Positions 35,848 through 45,875 of a DNA stretch of 63,305 bases are shown here, in pieces. The stretch is taken from the NCBI GenBank assembly GCA_902793695.1, contig CADBEI010000014.1, positions 1 through 63,305 of the forward strand. The letters are read 5' to 3'. Below the pieces are notes generated by a model, which ran no database searches, was not told the DNA's origin, and saw only the letters and a program-made list of their open reading frames with translations. A program made the translations under genes and the position numbers. The DNA comes from an uncultured Pseudomonadota bacterium (GTDB lineage: Bacteria; Pseudomonadota; Alphaproteobacteria; RF32; CAG-239). How positions within the stretch are numbered: position 1 is the first letter of the stretch; every line of letters starts with the position of its first letter.

Positions 35848-38235
35848 TTAAACTTTACTCAAGTATTCACTCATTATTTTTTTACGGCCACAATCGTCAA
35901 ATTCCACTTCGCACATTTTGCCCGACATTTTTACGATTTTGCCATAGCCGAAACTTTCATGATAAACGCGTACTCCGAGGTATTTTGCGGTTGATTGTGC
36001 TGAATATCCGCCGTATGAATTATATTCGGTCGGCTCATAAGAATACAAATGTTCTTCCTCATCTTCGTTATAACTTTGATAGCTTGGTTTGGTGGAAAAC
36101 GCCGGTTTATACGATTTCTTTTTGCCGTAACTGTATTTATTGTAAGAATATCCGCGCTTATTGTAACCGTTTTGATAGCCGTCGTCATATCCGCCGTAAC
36201 GGTTGCCGCTGCCGTTGAAACAGTTGTTGGTTTGATTATTCAGTTGCAAGCATACCGGCGGAATTTCGTTCAAAAAACGCGAAGGCTGATTGTTACGCCA
36301 CTCGCCATAAATGCGGCGGTTTAAAGTGGTGGTAATATAGAGACGGTGTTTGGCGCGGGTGAGGGCAACATAAGCCAGACGGCGTTCTTCTTCCAGCGAA
36401 TTTTCTCCGCCTTCGTCCAGACTCTTTTGGTGCGGAAACAGTGCTTCTTCCCACCCCGGTAAAAATACCGTTTCAAATTCCAAACCTTTGGCCGAGTGTA
36501 GAGTAATCAACATAACTTTGTTAGTATCGAGATTACTGTCGTTATCCATCACCAGACTGACGTGTTCCATAAATTCGGATAAAGTCGGATAATGCTCGGT
36601 GTCAGTCATAACATTGATGAGTTCACGTAAGTTTTCAATCCGTCCTTCGGCTTCGGCGGAAGTATCATTTTTAAGCATATCCATGTAGCCGGAATCATTG
36701 ATTACATCCTCTGCCAAATCGGCCGGATCGACCAGACTGACAATCCGCCGCCATTCTGTAAATTTTTGCAACAAATCTTCAAGACTGGCCTTGGCCTTGC
36801 CGCTCAAGCCGCCGTTTTCAAACATTGATTGCACCGCCGCAAACATAGACGTCCTGTTGTTGCGAGCAATCTGTTGTACTTTTTCTACGGTTTTGGCACC
36901 TATACCCCGTGCCGGTTTATTGATAATGCGCTCAAAAGCCAAATCGTCATTCGGTTGCAAAATTACACGGAAATAGGCCAAAATATCGCGGATTTCGGCA
37001 CGTTCATAAAATTTAGGACCGCCGATGACCTGATACGGTATGGCTTCGGATATAAAACGTTCTTCAAATTCGCGAGTTTGAAAAGCGGTGCGTACCAATA
37101 CCGCCATATCGGAATACGCTGTGCCGTCGCGATGTAACGCCTCAATTTCGTCGGCAATCCATTTGGCTTCTTCTTCGCCGTTATACAGACTGACCACTTT
37201 GATTTTGTCGTTGCTGCATTTGGCGGCCGGACTGTTTTCCGCCACTTTCAGAGTTTTACCGAGTCTGGTTGAATTATGTGCAATAAGCGCGGAAGCGGCG
37301 GTCAAAATATTGGCGGTAGAGCGATAATTGCGTTCCAGTCGGATAATTCGCGCGTCAATAAAATCTTTTTGAAAACGCATAATGTTTTCAATTTCGGCAC
37401 CGCGCCACGAATAAATCGATTGGTCGTCATCGCCGACACAACACAGATTATGAGATTGTTGCGACAACAGGCGCAAAAACAGATATTGCGTAACGTTGGT
37501 ATCTTGATACTCGTCAACCATAATATATTTAAACTTATCCTGATAAATCTTTAAAATATCCGGATTACTCATCAACAGGGTCAGCGTATACAAAAGAATA
37601 TCGCCAAAATCCACACAGTTAAGCTCAAGCAAGCGAGTCTGATATTTTTGATAAATTGAGAGCAAAACGGTTGAACGGAAACTTTGCGCGGCTTTTTCCA
37701 CGGTTATACCTTTGTCTTTGAGACGGGAAATGCTGTCCACAAAACTCTGCGGCGTATATTTTTTCTCATCCAAACCTTCGTTTTCCAAAATGTGCTTAAT
37801 CAGGCGTTTTTGGTCATCTTCGCCCAAAATGGTGAAATTGGCGTGTAACCCCACCAGTTCGGCATGAGCTCGCAATATTTTAACGCATACGCGGTGAAAA
37901 GTGCCGAGCCAGACGGAATTGGCGGCATCACCGATAAGATTTTGTACCCGCTCCTTCATTTCGTTGGCGGCGCGGTTGGTAAACGTTACCACCAGACAAT
38001 TCCACGGTTGTATCGGCTTGGTCGAAAGAATATAAGCCAAACGGGTGGTCAATACCTTGGTTTTGCCGGTGCCGGCGCCGGAAAGCACCAACAGCGGACC
38101 TTCGGTGGTCTCAACTGCCTGTCGTTGTTCCGGATTAAGCTCATCAAGCCACGGTAAAGAGCGTTTGAGCGCGCTGATATTATCATAAATCGGCGCGGCA
38201 CTGTCATCATCCAAATCAAAAATTCCGTCAGACAT
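35848..38235 (-). CDS. uvrD: UvrD/PcrA-family ATP-dependent DNA helicase
   Basis: 'LVLSGAGTGKT', 'VDEYQDTN', 'NYRS', 'LHSAKGLEF', 'RRLAYVALTRAK'. A Tyr/Gly/Asn-rich linker precedes the small C-terminal domain. Confidence 0.93.
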   Translation of the reverse strand: MSDGIFDLDDDSAAPIYDNISALKRSLPWLDELNPEQRQAVETTEGPLLVLSGAGTGKTKVLTTRLAYILSTKPIQPWNCLVVTFTNRAANEMKERVQNLIGDAANSVWLGTFHRVCVKILRAHAELVGLHANFTILGEDDQKRLIKHILENEGLDEKKYTPQSFVDSISRLKDKGITVEKAAQSFRSTVLLSIYQKYQTRLLELNCVDFGDILLYTLTLLMSNPDILKIYQDKFKYIMVDEYQDTNVTQYLFLRLLSQQSHNLCCVGDDDQSIYSWRGAEIENIMRFQKDFIDARIIRLERNYRSTANILTAASALIAHNSTRLGKTLKVAENSPAAKCSNDKIKVVSLYNGEEEAKWIADEIEALHRDGTAYSDMAVLVRTAFQTREFEERFISEAIPYQVIGGPKFYERAEIRDILAYFRVILQPNDDLAFERIINKPARGIGAKTVEKVQQIARNNRTSMFAAVQSMFENGGLSGKAKASLEDLLQKFTEWRRIVSLVDPADLAEDVINDSGYMDMLKNDTSAEAEGRIENLRELINVMTDTEHYPTLSEFMEHVSLVMDNDSNLDTNKVMLITLHSAKGLEFETVFLPGWEEALFPHQKSLDEGGENSLEEERRLAYVALTRAKHRLYITTTLNRRIYGEWRNNQPSRFLNEIPPVCLQLNNQTNNCFNGSGNRYGGYDDGYQNGYNKRGYSYNKYSYGKKKSYKPAFSTKPSYQSYNEDEEEHLYSYEPTEYNSYGGYSAQSTAKYLGVRVYHESFGYGKIVKMSGKMCEVEFDDCGRKKIMSEYLSKV

Positions 38236-38352
38236 TAGTTTAAAATTTTGCTTGTATTTATTTTTTTAACAAATTATATATAGATTTATAATATTATTGC
38301 CCCAATGCAACGCGTTTTTGCGTTTTACAAACAAGTTTTTGAAAGGTTTGAT

Positions 38353-39231
38353 ATGTCTGAAATCAGAGAAAAAATCATCGGTTTACAACAATATATGCAA
38401 CAAAACAAAGCCATTAAGAAACTTTCCGATTGTATTGAGGGAACCTTTAATCGTATTCAGTTTACACCGGATTTATTGCCGTCAGATATTACCGGCAGTG
38501 AAATTTATGTGGCTTCCACCGGTTATTTTGAATTTCGTTCCGGTCCGATATTTGCCAATATGGTACTGGCCGATGAAATCAACCGTGCACCGGCAAAAGT
38601 GCAGTCGGCGTTGTTGGAAGCTATGGCCGAACGTCAGGTAAGTATCGGCGGTAAACAATATAAATTGCCGCGTTTGTTTATGGTTATGGCCACTCAAAAC
38701 CCAATTGAGCACGAGGGAACTTATAATTTGCCGGAAGCGCAACTCGACCGCTTTTTGATGTATATTCGCATAGATCAACCGGATATCAATGTGGAACGCA
38801 GGATTTTGCATTTGGTGCGCGAGGAAGAAATGAATGCGCTGGATAATAAAAAACAGGAAAATATTTGCGCCATCAGTATGAAAGATATTTTTGAGGCACG
38901 GCGTGAGGCATATTCCGTACAGTTCAGCGATTCTATGGAAGAATATCTGGTACAACTGGTTATGGCAACTCGTCATCCGGAAAAATATGATGCAAGTTTG
39001 AAAAACTCTTTGGCATACGGAGCCAGTCCGCGTGCCACCATTGCTTTGGATAAATGCGCCAAAATTCATGCGTGGATGGCCGGCCGCAACTATGTGACAC
39101 CGGATGATATTCATGCCGTGGTATTTGATGTTTTGCGCCATCGCATTATTTTGAGTTTTGAAGCTCAGGCTAACGGTATTACGGCCGATGACGTGATTGC
39201 GCGTTTGCTTAAACTGGTACCGTTGCCGTAG
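38353..39231 (+). CDS. MoxR-family AAA+ protein lacking the Walker A segment
   Basis: 'RIQFTPDLLPSDITG', Walker B 'LADEINRAPAKVQSALLEAM' and 'ATQNPIEHEGTY.LPEAQLDRF' are present. No GxxGxGK(T/S) lies between 'KIIG' and 'FNRIQF'. Confidence 0.75.
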   Translation: MSEIREKIIGLQQYMQQNKAIKKLSDCIEGTFNRIQFTPDLLPSDITGSEIYVASTGYFEFRSGPIFANMVLADEINRAPAKVQSALLEAMAERQVSIGGKQYKLPRLFMVMATQNPIEHEGTYNLPEAQLDRFLMYIRIDQPDINVERRILHLVREEEMNALDNKKQENICAISMKDIFEARREAYSVQFSDSMEEYLVQLVMATRHPEKYDASLKNSLAYGASPRATIALDKCAKIHAWMAGRNYVTPDDIHAVVFDVLRHRIILSFEAQANGITADDVIARLLKLVPLP

Positions 39232-39239
39232 GGAAAAAT

Positions 39240-40166
39240 ATGAGCGGATTTACTGAAAAAACAACTGATGATATTCACGAAAATAAAGGGTTATCGGTTA
39301 CCATAGAGGAATTGATTGCCCAACAACAGTATTTGCCGTATATGTCGTATTGCAACAACAAGCCGACTTCGCAACGTTCGGGCAATAATAAGTCTGCATT
39401 TCGCGGTCGCGGTATGGAGTTTGAAGAGGTGCGTGCCTATATTTTCGGCGACGACGTACGGGATATTGATTGGCGGGTTACGGCGCGTAAATCCGAGCCT
39501 TATACCAAAGTTTTTAATGAGGAAAAAGACCGTGAAATCATTGTGGTACTTGATTTATCGGCTTCTATGGTGTTCGGTACCCGTAATGAACTTAAATCGG
39601 TAACTGCCGCCAAAATCGCCGCATTAATCGGCTGGTTGACCATCAAAAATAAAGACAGATTCGGAATGTTGTTGTTTGACGGCAAGAATACAACTTATTT
39701 CCAACCGCAGAACAATTTAAAAAATCTTATGAACATTTTTACGCAAATAAGTCGCAAAACGCACGAAATATTGATGGAACAACATCATGCTGATTTAAGC
39801 GAAGCCTTGAAAATGTTGCAGTTTCATCAAAAAGGGCAGGGAACAGTGTTTATTTTGAGCGACTTCAGTCATTTTGATAACGAAAAATTTCGCAAAATTG
39901 CCACTCTTTCCAAAAAACATCAGGTATGTTGTATTAATATCTTTGATGTGTTGGAAGAAATCGCACCGCAGGACGGTGTTTATGCCGCGCAATATGAGAC
40001 ACAGAAAGCGGTTTTTGATACCGGTGTCGAGGGATTTGCAACCAATTATCAGCAATATTTTCATCGGCAACGCGAATTAATGCGTCAGAATTGTCAAAAG
40101 TTTTTATGCCGATATATAGAAGTTAGAACAGATGTACCTATTTTCAAACAGTTATCGCTGCTATAA
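39240..40166 (+). CDS. DUF58 domain protein (MoxR partner)
   Basis: 'G.EFEEVR.Y..GDD.R.IDWRVTAR......K.F.EE' DUF58 signature. Confidence 0.85.
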   Translation: MSGFTEKTTDDIHENKGLSVTIEELIAQQQYLPYMSYCNNKPTSQRSGNNKSAFRGRGMEFEEVRAYIFGDDVRDIDWRVTARKSEPYTKVFNEEKDREIIVVLDLSASMVFGTRNELKSVTAAKIAALIGWLTIKNKDRFGMLLFDGKNTTYFQPQNNLKNLMNIFTQISRKTHEILMEQHHADLSEALKMLQFHQKGQGTVFILSDFSHFDNEKFRKIATLSKKHQVCCINIFDVLEEIAPQDGVYAAQYETQKAVFDTGVEGFATNYQQYFHRQRELMRQNCQKFLCRYIEVRTDVPIFKQLSLL

Positions 40167-40233
40167 AAAACTTGACATAATCATCTTTATATGATATTCA
40201 TTAAACAATTATTCTGTAAAGAAAGAGGTAAAA

Positions 40234-41175
40234 ATGGTTAAATTAAACGAAAATACATCATATAAAAGAGGACAAGAACTCCTCGATTCCGGACAATATG
40301 AAGAAGCAATTGAGCGCTTTTCCGAAGTTATTGCGGATAATCCGCGTGCGTGGAAAGCGTTGAATTCACAGGGTTTTGCATATCAAAAAATGAGTAAATA
40401 TACGGATGCGGTAGCGTGCTTTGATAAAGCACTGGCTATAAATCCGAAGTCGGTTGAAGTTTTGAATAATAAAGGCGTAACCTTAAGTATGCGCGGTTTG
40501 TATAAAGAGGCTATTACTTGTTTTGACGAAGCTTTTGCCAATGACAGAACATCTTTGGAAGCTTTGAACGGTAAGGCCATTGCTTTGCAACATATGTTCT
40601 CGTATAAAGAAGCGTTGGATGTGTTGGAAGAAGCTATGAAAATAGATAACAAACATCCGCAAACCCTCTTGAGTATTGCCGTAACGTTGCAAAAACTCAA
40701 GCAGTACGATCGCTCAATCTCTTTCTTTAAAAAGGTTTTGGCCGGCGATAAGTATAATACCAAAGCTTGGAACGGTATCGGTGTAACCTATCAGTTGATG
40801 GGGGATAACGATTCGGCCTTAAAATGCTTTACCAAGATTCTGAACATCAACAGTTCGGATTTACAGGCTTGGATAAGCATCGGTTATGTATATCAAAAGA
40901 TGTTTAAGTTCAAAGATGCATTGAAATGCTATAAAAAAGCACAGGCCGTCGTTAACGGACGCTATACACATAAGCTGTATGACGGATTGGCATCTTGTTT
41001 GACCAAATTATCCGAGTTTGATCAGGCAATAGAAGTTTATAAGGTGATTTATCAGAGTGAAGAAGGTAAGCGCAAATGGGATGCTCAACGCTCCATCAAG
41101 TTTGTTAACAAATTGAAGCGTAAGCAGGCAATCGGTGCTTTACCTGATATTATTCCGCACGATGATGAAGAATAA
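40234..41175 (+). CDS. tetratricopeptide (TPR) repeat protein
   Basis: Roughly 7 consecutive 34-aa repeats of the 'A...F..AL..NP......N.G' type. Confidence 0.85.
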   Translation: MVKLNENTSYKRGQELLDSGQYEEAIERFSEVIADNPRAWKALNSQGFAYQKMSKYTDAVACFDKALAINPKSVEVLNNKGVTLSMRGLYKEAITCFDEAFANDRTSLEALNGKAIALQHMFSYKEALDVLEEAMKIDNKHPQTLLSIAVTLQKLKQYDRSISFFKKVLAGDKYNTKAWNGIGVTYQLMGDNDSALKCFTKILNINSSDLQAWISIGYVYQKMFKFKDALKCYKKAQAVVNGRYTHKLYDGLASCLTKLSEFDQAIEVYKVIYQSEEGKRKWDAQRSIKFVNKLKRKQAIGALPDIIPHDDEE

Positions 41176-41188
41176 AATTTCAACAGAA

Positions 41189-41218
41189 AGAGCGCTGCAA
41201 ATATGCGGCGCTTTTTTA
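41189..41218 (+). terminator. intrinsic terminator
   Basis: Stem agcgctgc/gcggcgct followed by tttttt. Confidence 0.65.
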
Positions 41219-41326
41219 TGCATAACAAAAAATACCTGATATTGTGTATTTTAGTGAATTTATATAAAGAATATCTTGAAAATTGATGCAAATTTAAGTA
41301 AAATTGCTTCTGATGGGAGTTAGGTT

Positions 41327-41878
41327 ATGGGTTTGGGAATTTATATTTTAATTGCGCTCGGCGTTGTCGGTATTTTGCTGATTTGGGGATACAATCGCGG
41401 GGTTTGTTATCGCAACTATATGCAAGAAGCTTTTTCCACAATGGATGTATATTTAAAAAAACGCTGGGATTTGATTCCAAACCTATTGGAAACCGTAAAA
41501 AGCTATGCTAAACACGAAAAAACGGTGCTTACGGATATTGCCGACCTCCGTTCGCGGACTTACGGCGATTTATCAAATGATGAAAAAATTAATACAAACG
41601 TGCAATTGGGACAGGCTTTATCGCGGTTTCATGCCGTGGCGGAAAATTATCCGGAATTGAAGGCAAACGAGACTTATATCCAATTAATGAAGCAAATGAA
41701 CTCGGTGGAAGATGATATCGCCGATGCCAGAAAATATTATAACGGAACGGTGCGAGAATATAATAATTTTGTAGATTTATTTCCGACTTCCGTAATTGCC
41801 GGAATATTCGGTATGCGCCGCGCCGAAATGTTTGAAATTGAGGCCGAACAGCGCGAAAATATAAAGGTTGATGCATAA
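41327..41878 (+). CDS. lemA: LemA family protein
   Basis: N-terminal TM, then 'MDVYLKKRWDLIPNLLETVKSYAKHEK' and 'YPELKANE....L' LemA signature. Confidence 0.9.
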   Translation: MGLGIYILIALGVVGILLIWGYNRGVCYRNYMQEAFSTMDVYLKKRWDLIPNLLETVKSYAKHEKTVLTDIADLRSRTYGDLSNDEKINTNVQLGQALSRFHAVAENYPELKANETYIQLMKQMNSVEDDIADARKYYNGTVREYNNFVDLFPTSVIAGIFGMRRAEMFEIEAEQRENIKVDA

Positions 41879-41890
41879 ATGAGAGTAATA

Positions 41891-43648
41891 ATGAAAAGAT
41901 TGTTTTATCTGTTTTTTGTTTTAAGTTTGATTATAGGGGGGGATGCCCGTGCCGAAAAAAGTTACGATTCTTCATCGGAAATTCCGTATTATGCGGAAAA
42001 GTATGATTATTTTATTCAGAGTTATGATGTTCTTTTGACGGCTGAAACCGATCGCAGTGTTAATGTTCAGGAAGTTATCACGGTATATTTCAATAATCCG
42101 GACACAAAAAGCATAAAACATATTATTCCGAAATATCACGGACGCATTTCGGACGTTCAGGTATCGGTTCCTTACAAAGAGAACAACGGACTGGGAAAAC
42201 TGCAGCTGCGGGTATTGGTCAATGACGAACAAAAAAACGCGCTGAAACAATATAAGGTAAGTTATAATTACCAGATTTTCAGCGACGAGAACGCCTTTGA
42301 TTTTAAAATTGTTCCGCCGGAATGGAAAGTTCCGGTGCAACGTGTTCGTTTTAAGTTGCAATTGCCAGATAGCGTGAAAAACAAAGATATTCATTTGTTT
42401 ATCGATAAAAAAGAAATAAAAAATGCTACTGAAGGAGCCGAATATCTGCTTAAAGAAGACCGTATTATCGGCAGAACCACGTCAGACGGACTGAAACCGA
42501 AACAAACTTTTCGCATCAGAGTTGATGTTGCCGACGGTTTCTTTATTAACAACGGAAAAGATTATGCCTCGTATGTTTGGATTGGATTATTGCTGTTGAC
42601 ATTGATTTCGTTTTTTTTGTGGTGTGCATACAGTCAAGACGACCGTGTTCCGGCAATTGTATCGCAGAATCCTCCGCGCGGTATTAATGCTGCCGAAGCA
42701 GAGATTATACATTCGGGTAACCTAAGCGAAAAGGGATTGACGGCCATGATTATCTCTTTGGCTAACAAGGGATATTTGGCCATCAATACCATCGGCAAAA
42801 ATTTTACGTTGGTTAAGATTAAAAACTATACCGGCAGAAACCGCTTTGTTAAACAAATTATGCAGATGTTGTTTGCCGATAAAGATATCGCCGAAAGCTC
42901 TGATTTGAAGTCGTCCGGCAGATTTTATGCCAAATGGAATCAACTTCTTGATTTATCGAAAGATCCCGAGACATTACGGCGTTTTTATAAGAAATCCGGC
43001 GCGCAATATTTACGTCGTGCCATAATGCTCGGTTGCGTAATCGGCAATTTTTTACTGACTCTGTTTGTTATGCGTGATTATATGATATCCGAAGGATATA
43101 TGTTGATTGCGGCGTTGGTGCTTATATCGGGCTTTATCGGTATTAAATTGTTTCATCGCAAAAATAACTTGGTTTTCAAAATAATAGGCGGGTTGTTCTT
43201 ATCATATGCAATAGGTTTGTTGTGTTTGAGTTACAGTCCGGATATTCAAAAAGAAGATATGTTACAAATTATAATCGGTATCGGTTGTACGATTATTTCG
43301 TTGGTATGTTTTCTGCAAATGCCAACGCCTAATGCCATCGGTAGACTATATCGGGGACAGATGTTCGGATTAAAAAACTTCATCAAATTTGCAGATAAAG
43401 AGAGTATGGAAAAAACTCTGCGCAGTAATCCGTCGTATTTCTATAAGGTGTTGCCGTATGCCTTTGTTTTGGGCTTAAATGGCGAATGGTTGAAATTGTT
43501 CGAGGGTGTTGAAATTCCGATACCTACTTGGGCAGAAAACGACAATTTTAAAATCAAAAATTTTATGCGCAATTTTACGTCGGGAGTGACTAATGTACTG
43601 GAAGCATCATCTTTGTGTGAAGATGAGCAGCCTGCGGAAAAAGAATGA
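41891..43648 (+). CDS. DUF2207 domain membrane protein (copy 1)
   Basis: Signal peptide, N-terminal beta-rich domain, TM cluster, 'NPSYFYKVLPYAFVLG'. An alternative ATG lies at 41879. Confidence 0.8.
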   Translation: MKRLFYLFFVLSLIIGGDARAEKSYDSSSEIPYYAEKYDYFIQSYDVLLTAETDRSVNVQEVITVYFNNPDTKSIKHIIPKYHGRISDVQVSVPYKENNGLGKLQLRVLVNDEQKNALKQYKVSYNYQIFSDENAFDFKIVPPEWKVPVQRVRFKLQLPDSVKNKDIHLFIDKKEIKNATEGAEYLLKEDRIIGRTTSDGLKPKQTFRIRVDVADGFFINNGKDYASYVWIGLLLLTLISFFLWCAYSQDDRVPAIVSQNPPRGINAAEAEIIHSGNLSEKGLTAMIISLANKGYLAINTIGKNFTLVKIKNYTGRNRFVKQIMQMLFADKDIAESSDLKSSGRFYAKWNQLLDLSKDPETLRRFYKKSGAQYLRRAIMLGCVIGNFLLTLFVMRDYMISEGYMLIAALVLISGFIGIKLFHRKNNLVFKIIGGLFLSYAIGLLCLSYSPDIQKEDMLQIIIGIGCTIISLVCFLQMPTPNAIGRLYRGQMFGLKNFIKFADKESMEKTLRSNPSYFYKVLPYAFVLGLNGEWLKLFEGVEIPIPTWAENDNFKIKNFMRNFTSGVTNVLEASSLCEDEQPAEKE

Positions 43649-43674
43649 GGTAAATAAAAATGAGGTAAATAAAT

Positions 43675-45447
43675 ATGAAGCTTTGGCGAATAATCGTATT
43701 TTTAATATCCGTAACCGTTGCCGGTGCGGCATATGCCGAAAATTTTTATATTGAAAATTATGAAGTTGATGTTCGGGTTTTCAAAAATAAAACAATCACG
43801 GTTAAAGAAAAAATATCGGCGGTATTTACCGCTCCGTCGCATGGTATTATTCGCTCGATTCCGCGCAAAGGAAGTGAAATTTACGATATTGACGTTGATG
43901 AAGAATATACCGCCGATTATGGGAGTAATGTTGAGTTGCAAATCGGCAACGCCGATGAATTGATTACCGGACCGAAGGAATACAATATTGAATTTACGCA
44001 ACAAATTTTGGATAATAAGCCGGAATTTTATTATAATCTCATCGGTACGGATTGGGATGTGCCGATTCAACACGCCGCATTCAGAGTAATAATGCCGGAA
44101 GCCGTCGATGAAAATAACGTAGGAATTTCCATCGGCAGATACGGTACAAGCGGATTTGACGGTGAGGGCGAATATATTGTTGACGGCTCCGTTGTAACGG
44201 GACAAACACGATATGTTTTACAACCGGGTGAAGGTGTTACCATACGGATTGAGGTGCCGAAGGGATATTTTGATACGGCGGCTTACGATAAAATGGTAAA
44301 GGCTGTATGGCTCGGGTTGTTTTTATGCACGTTTTTAGCCTTTATTATATGGTATTTGTACGGTAAAGACGAACATGTAACTCCGGTTGTGACTTTTCGC
44401 GCACCGGAAGAAATGAATGGTGTTGATGCCGAGTTGATTATGAATGAAAAAGTTACGGAAAAAGGTTTGATTGCGCTGATTGTCAAGCTGGCCAATGATG
44501 GTTATTTAAAGATAGATACCAAAGGCAAGAGTTTTACCTTGTTCGATTTTCAACCGTATCAAGGGGATAATGAGAACGAGCGGGAACTGCTGTTGTTGTT
44601 GAGTTCCGAGGCTGACAAAGATGGTAAAGTAACGGATAAAATGCTTAAAATATCTCCTTTATTTTATGCCGGATGGAACGGATTGCTTGAAGATGTCAAT
44701 ACGAACAAGAAAAGAACCCGTTTTTATGAAAAAACTTCCGTAAGCGGTATTTTCCCTTCAACGGTGTTTATGTGTTTCGTCGGCAATATAATGCTGACTA
44801 TATTTTCTCTTTTGGGATACAAAATTTATTCTGACAGCTTAATGTTGATAGCGATTGTGGCGTTTATGTTATTAATGTTTGTGCAGACAATTATCAAAAA
44901 AGACACTCCGTTGAGTGCCAAATTGTATATGGGAATATATGCTCCGTTTTTTATACTTCCGATTTACGGCGCAATAGCGGACTATATTTCATATATCAAT
45001 ACCACACAGGTTGTGGGCGGAATGATAGGTATAATAATTACAATCGTTTGCTATACGGAAATGTTGAAACCCAATAATAAAGGGCGCTTGCTTAAAGGCA
45101 AATTGCTGGGGTTGAAAAAGTTTATTGAGGTAGCGGAAAAAGAGCGTTTGGAAAAAATGGTGGAAGAAAATCCGTCTTATTTCTATAAAATTCTGCCTTA
45201 TGCTTATATTCTCGGTGTTTCCGCCGTATGGATTAAACGCTTTGAAGGCATCAGTATGTTGCCGCCGCCGTGGGCGGTGAATGCCGCGTACAACATAAGC
45301 AGTTTTAATAACTTTATCGGCGGCTTTCATTCGGCAGTGATGCCGAGTATCGAAAACGGCGGAATTACCCGTTCGAGCACAAGCAGCAGCGGAGGCGGCG
45401 GTTTTTCCGGCGGCGGATTCGGCGGAGGCGGCGGTCGCTCGTGGTAA
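43675..45447 (+). CDS. DUF2207 domain membrane protein (copy 2, Gly-rich tail)
   Basis: Same architecture as copy 1. 'NPSYFYKILPYAYILG' and C-terminal 'SSSGGGGFSGGGFGGGGGRSW'. Confidence 0.85.
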   Translation: MKLWRIIVFLISVTVAGAAYAENFYIENYEVDVRVFKNKTITVKEKISAVFTAPSHGIIRSIPRKGSEIYDIDVDEEYTADYGSNVELQIGNADELITGPKEYNIEFTQQILDNKPEFYYNLIGTDWDVPIQHAAFRVIMPEAVDENNVGISIGRYGTSGFDGEGEYIVDGSVVTGQTRYVLQPGEGVTIRIEVPKGYFDTAAYDKMVKAVWLGLFLCTFLAFIIWYLYGKDEHVTPVVTFRAPEEMNGVDAELIMNEKVTEKGLIALIVKLANDGYLKIDTKGKSFTLFDFQPYQGDNENERELLLLLSSEADKDGKVTDKMLKISPLFYAGWNGLLEDVNTNKKRTRFYEKTSVSGIFPSTVFMCFVGNIMLTIFSLLGYKIYSDSLMLIAIVAFMLLMFVQTIIKKDTPLSAKLYMGIYAPFFILPIYGAIADYISYINTTQVVGGMIGIIITIVCYTEMLKPNNKGRLLKGKLLGLKKFIEVAEKERLEKMVEENPSYFYKILPYAYILGVSAVWIKRFEGISMLPPPWAVNAAYNISSFNNFIGGFHSAVMPSIENGGITRSSTSSSGGGGFSGGGFGGGGGRSW

Positions 45448-45508
45448 ACCTTCCGGTAGCTTAAATTTTGAAAAAAACGCATTATTTCCATATAAAAAAG
45501 GAGGAAAA

Positions 45509-45820
45509 ATGCGTTTTGTGAAACCAAGTGGCTTAAAAAGTAACTCCATAATTCTGGATGTGCGAACGGCTGAAGAATATCGGCGTGCGGCACTGCGCAT
45601 TCCACATATTCATAAAGAATTGAATGAACTTCAGCCGATTGAATTTATTAAAGAAAACGGATTAACAGATAAAGATACGCTCAATATTTTGTGCGCCTCG
45701 GGCAATCGCGCTTCGCAAGCGGCGGAAATGTTCGAAAAAGCCGGATTTGACAATGTGGCTGTTATAATCGGCGGCATTGTCGAAGCCGAATATTCCGGTC
45801 TGGAAATAGTTAAACAATAA
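45509..45820 (+). CDS. single-domain rhodanese-like sulfurtransferase
   Basis: 'ILDVRTAEEY' and active-site loop 'CASGNRAS'. Confidence 0.85.
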   Translation: MRFVKPSGLKSNSIILDVRTAEEYRRAALRIPHIHKELNELQPIEFIKENGLTDKDTLNILCASGNRASQAAEMFEKAGFDNVAVIIGGIVEAEYSGLEIVKQ

Positions 45821-45855
45821 AAAATCCTCCGCCGAAATAAGTTCGAAGGAGGATA
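45821..45855 (-). terminator. terminator for the minus-strand gene 45876..46340
   Basis: Stem atcctcc/ggaggat. The T-run is present only on the minus strand. Confidence 0.55.
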
Positions 45856-45875
45856 AATAAGAGTTGAAATTGTCG

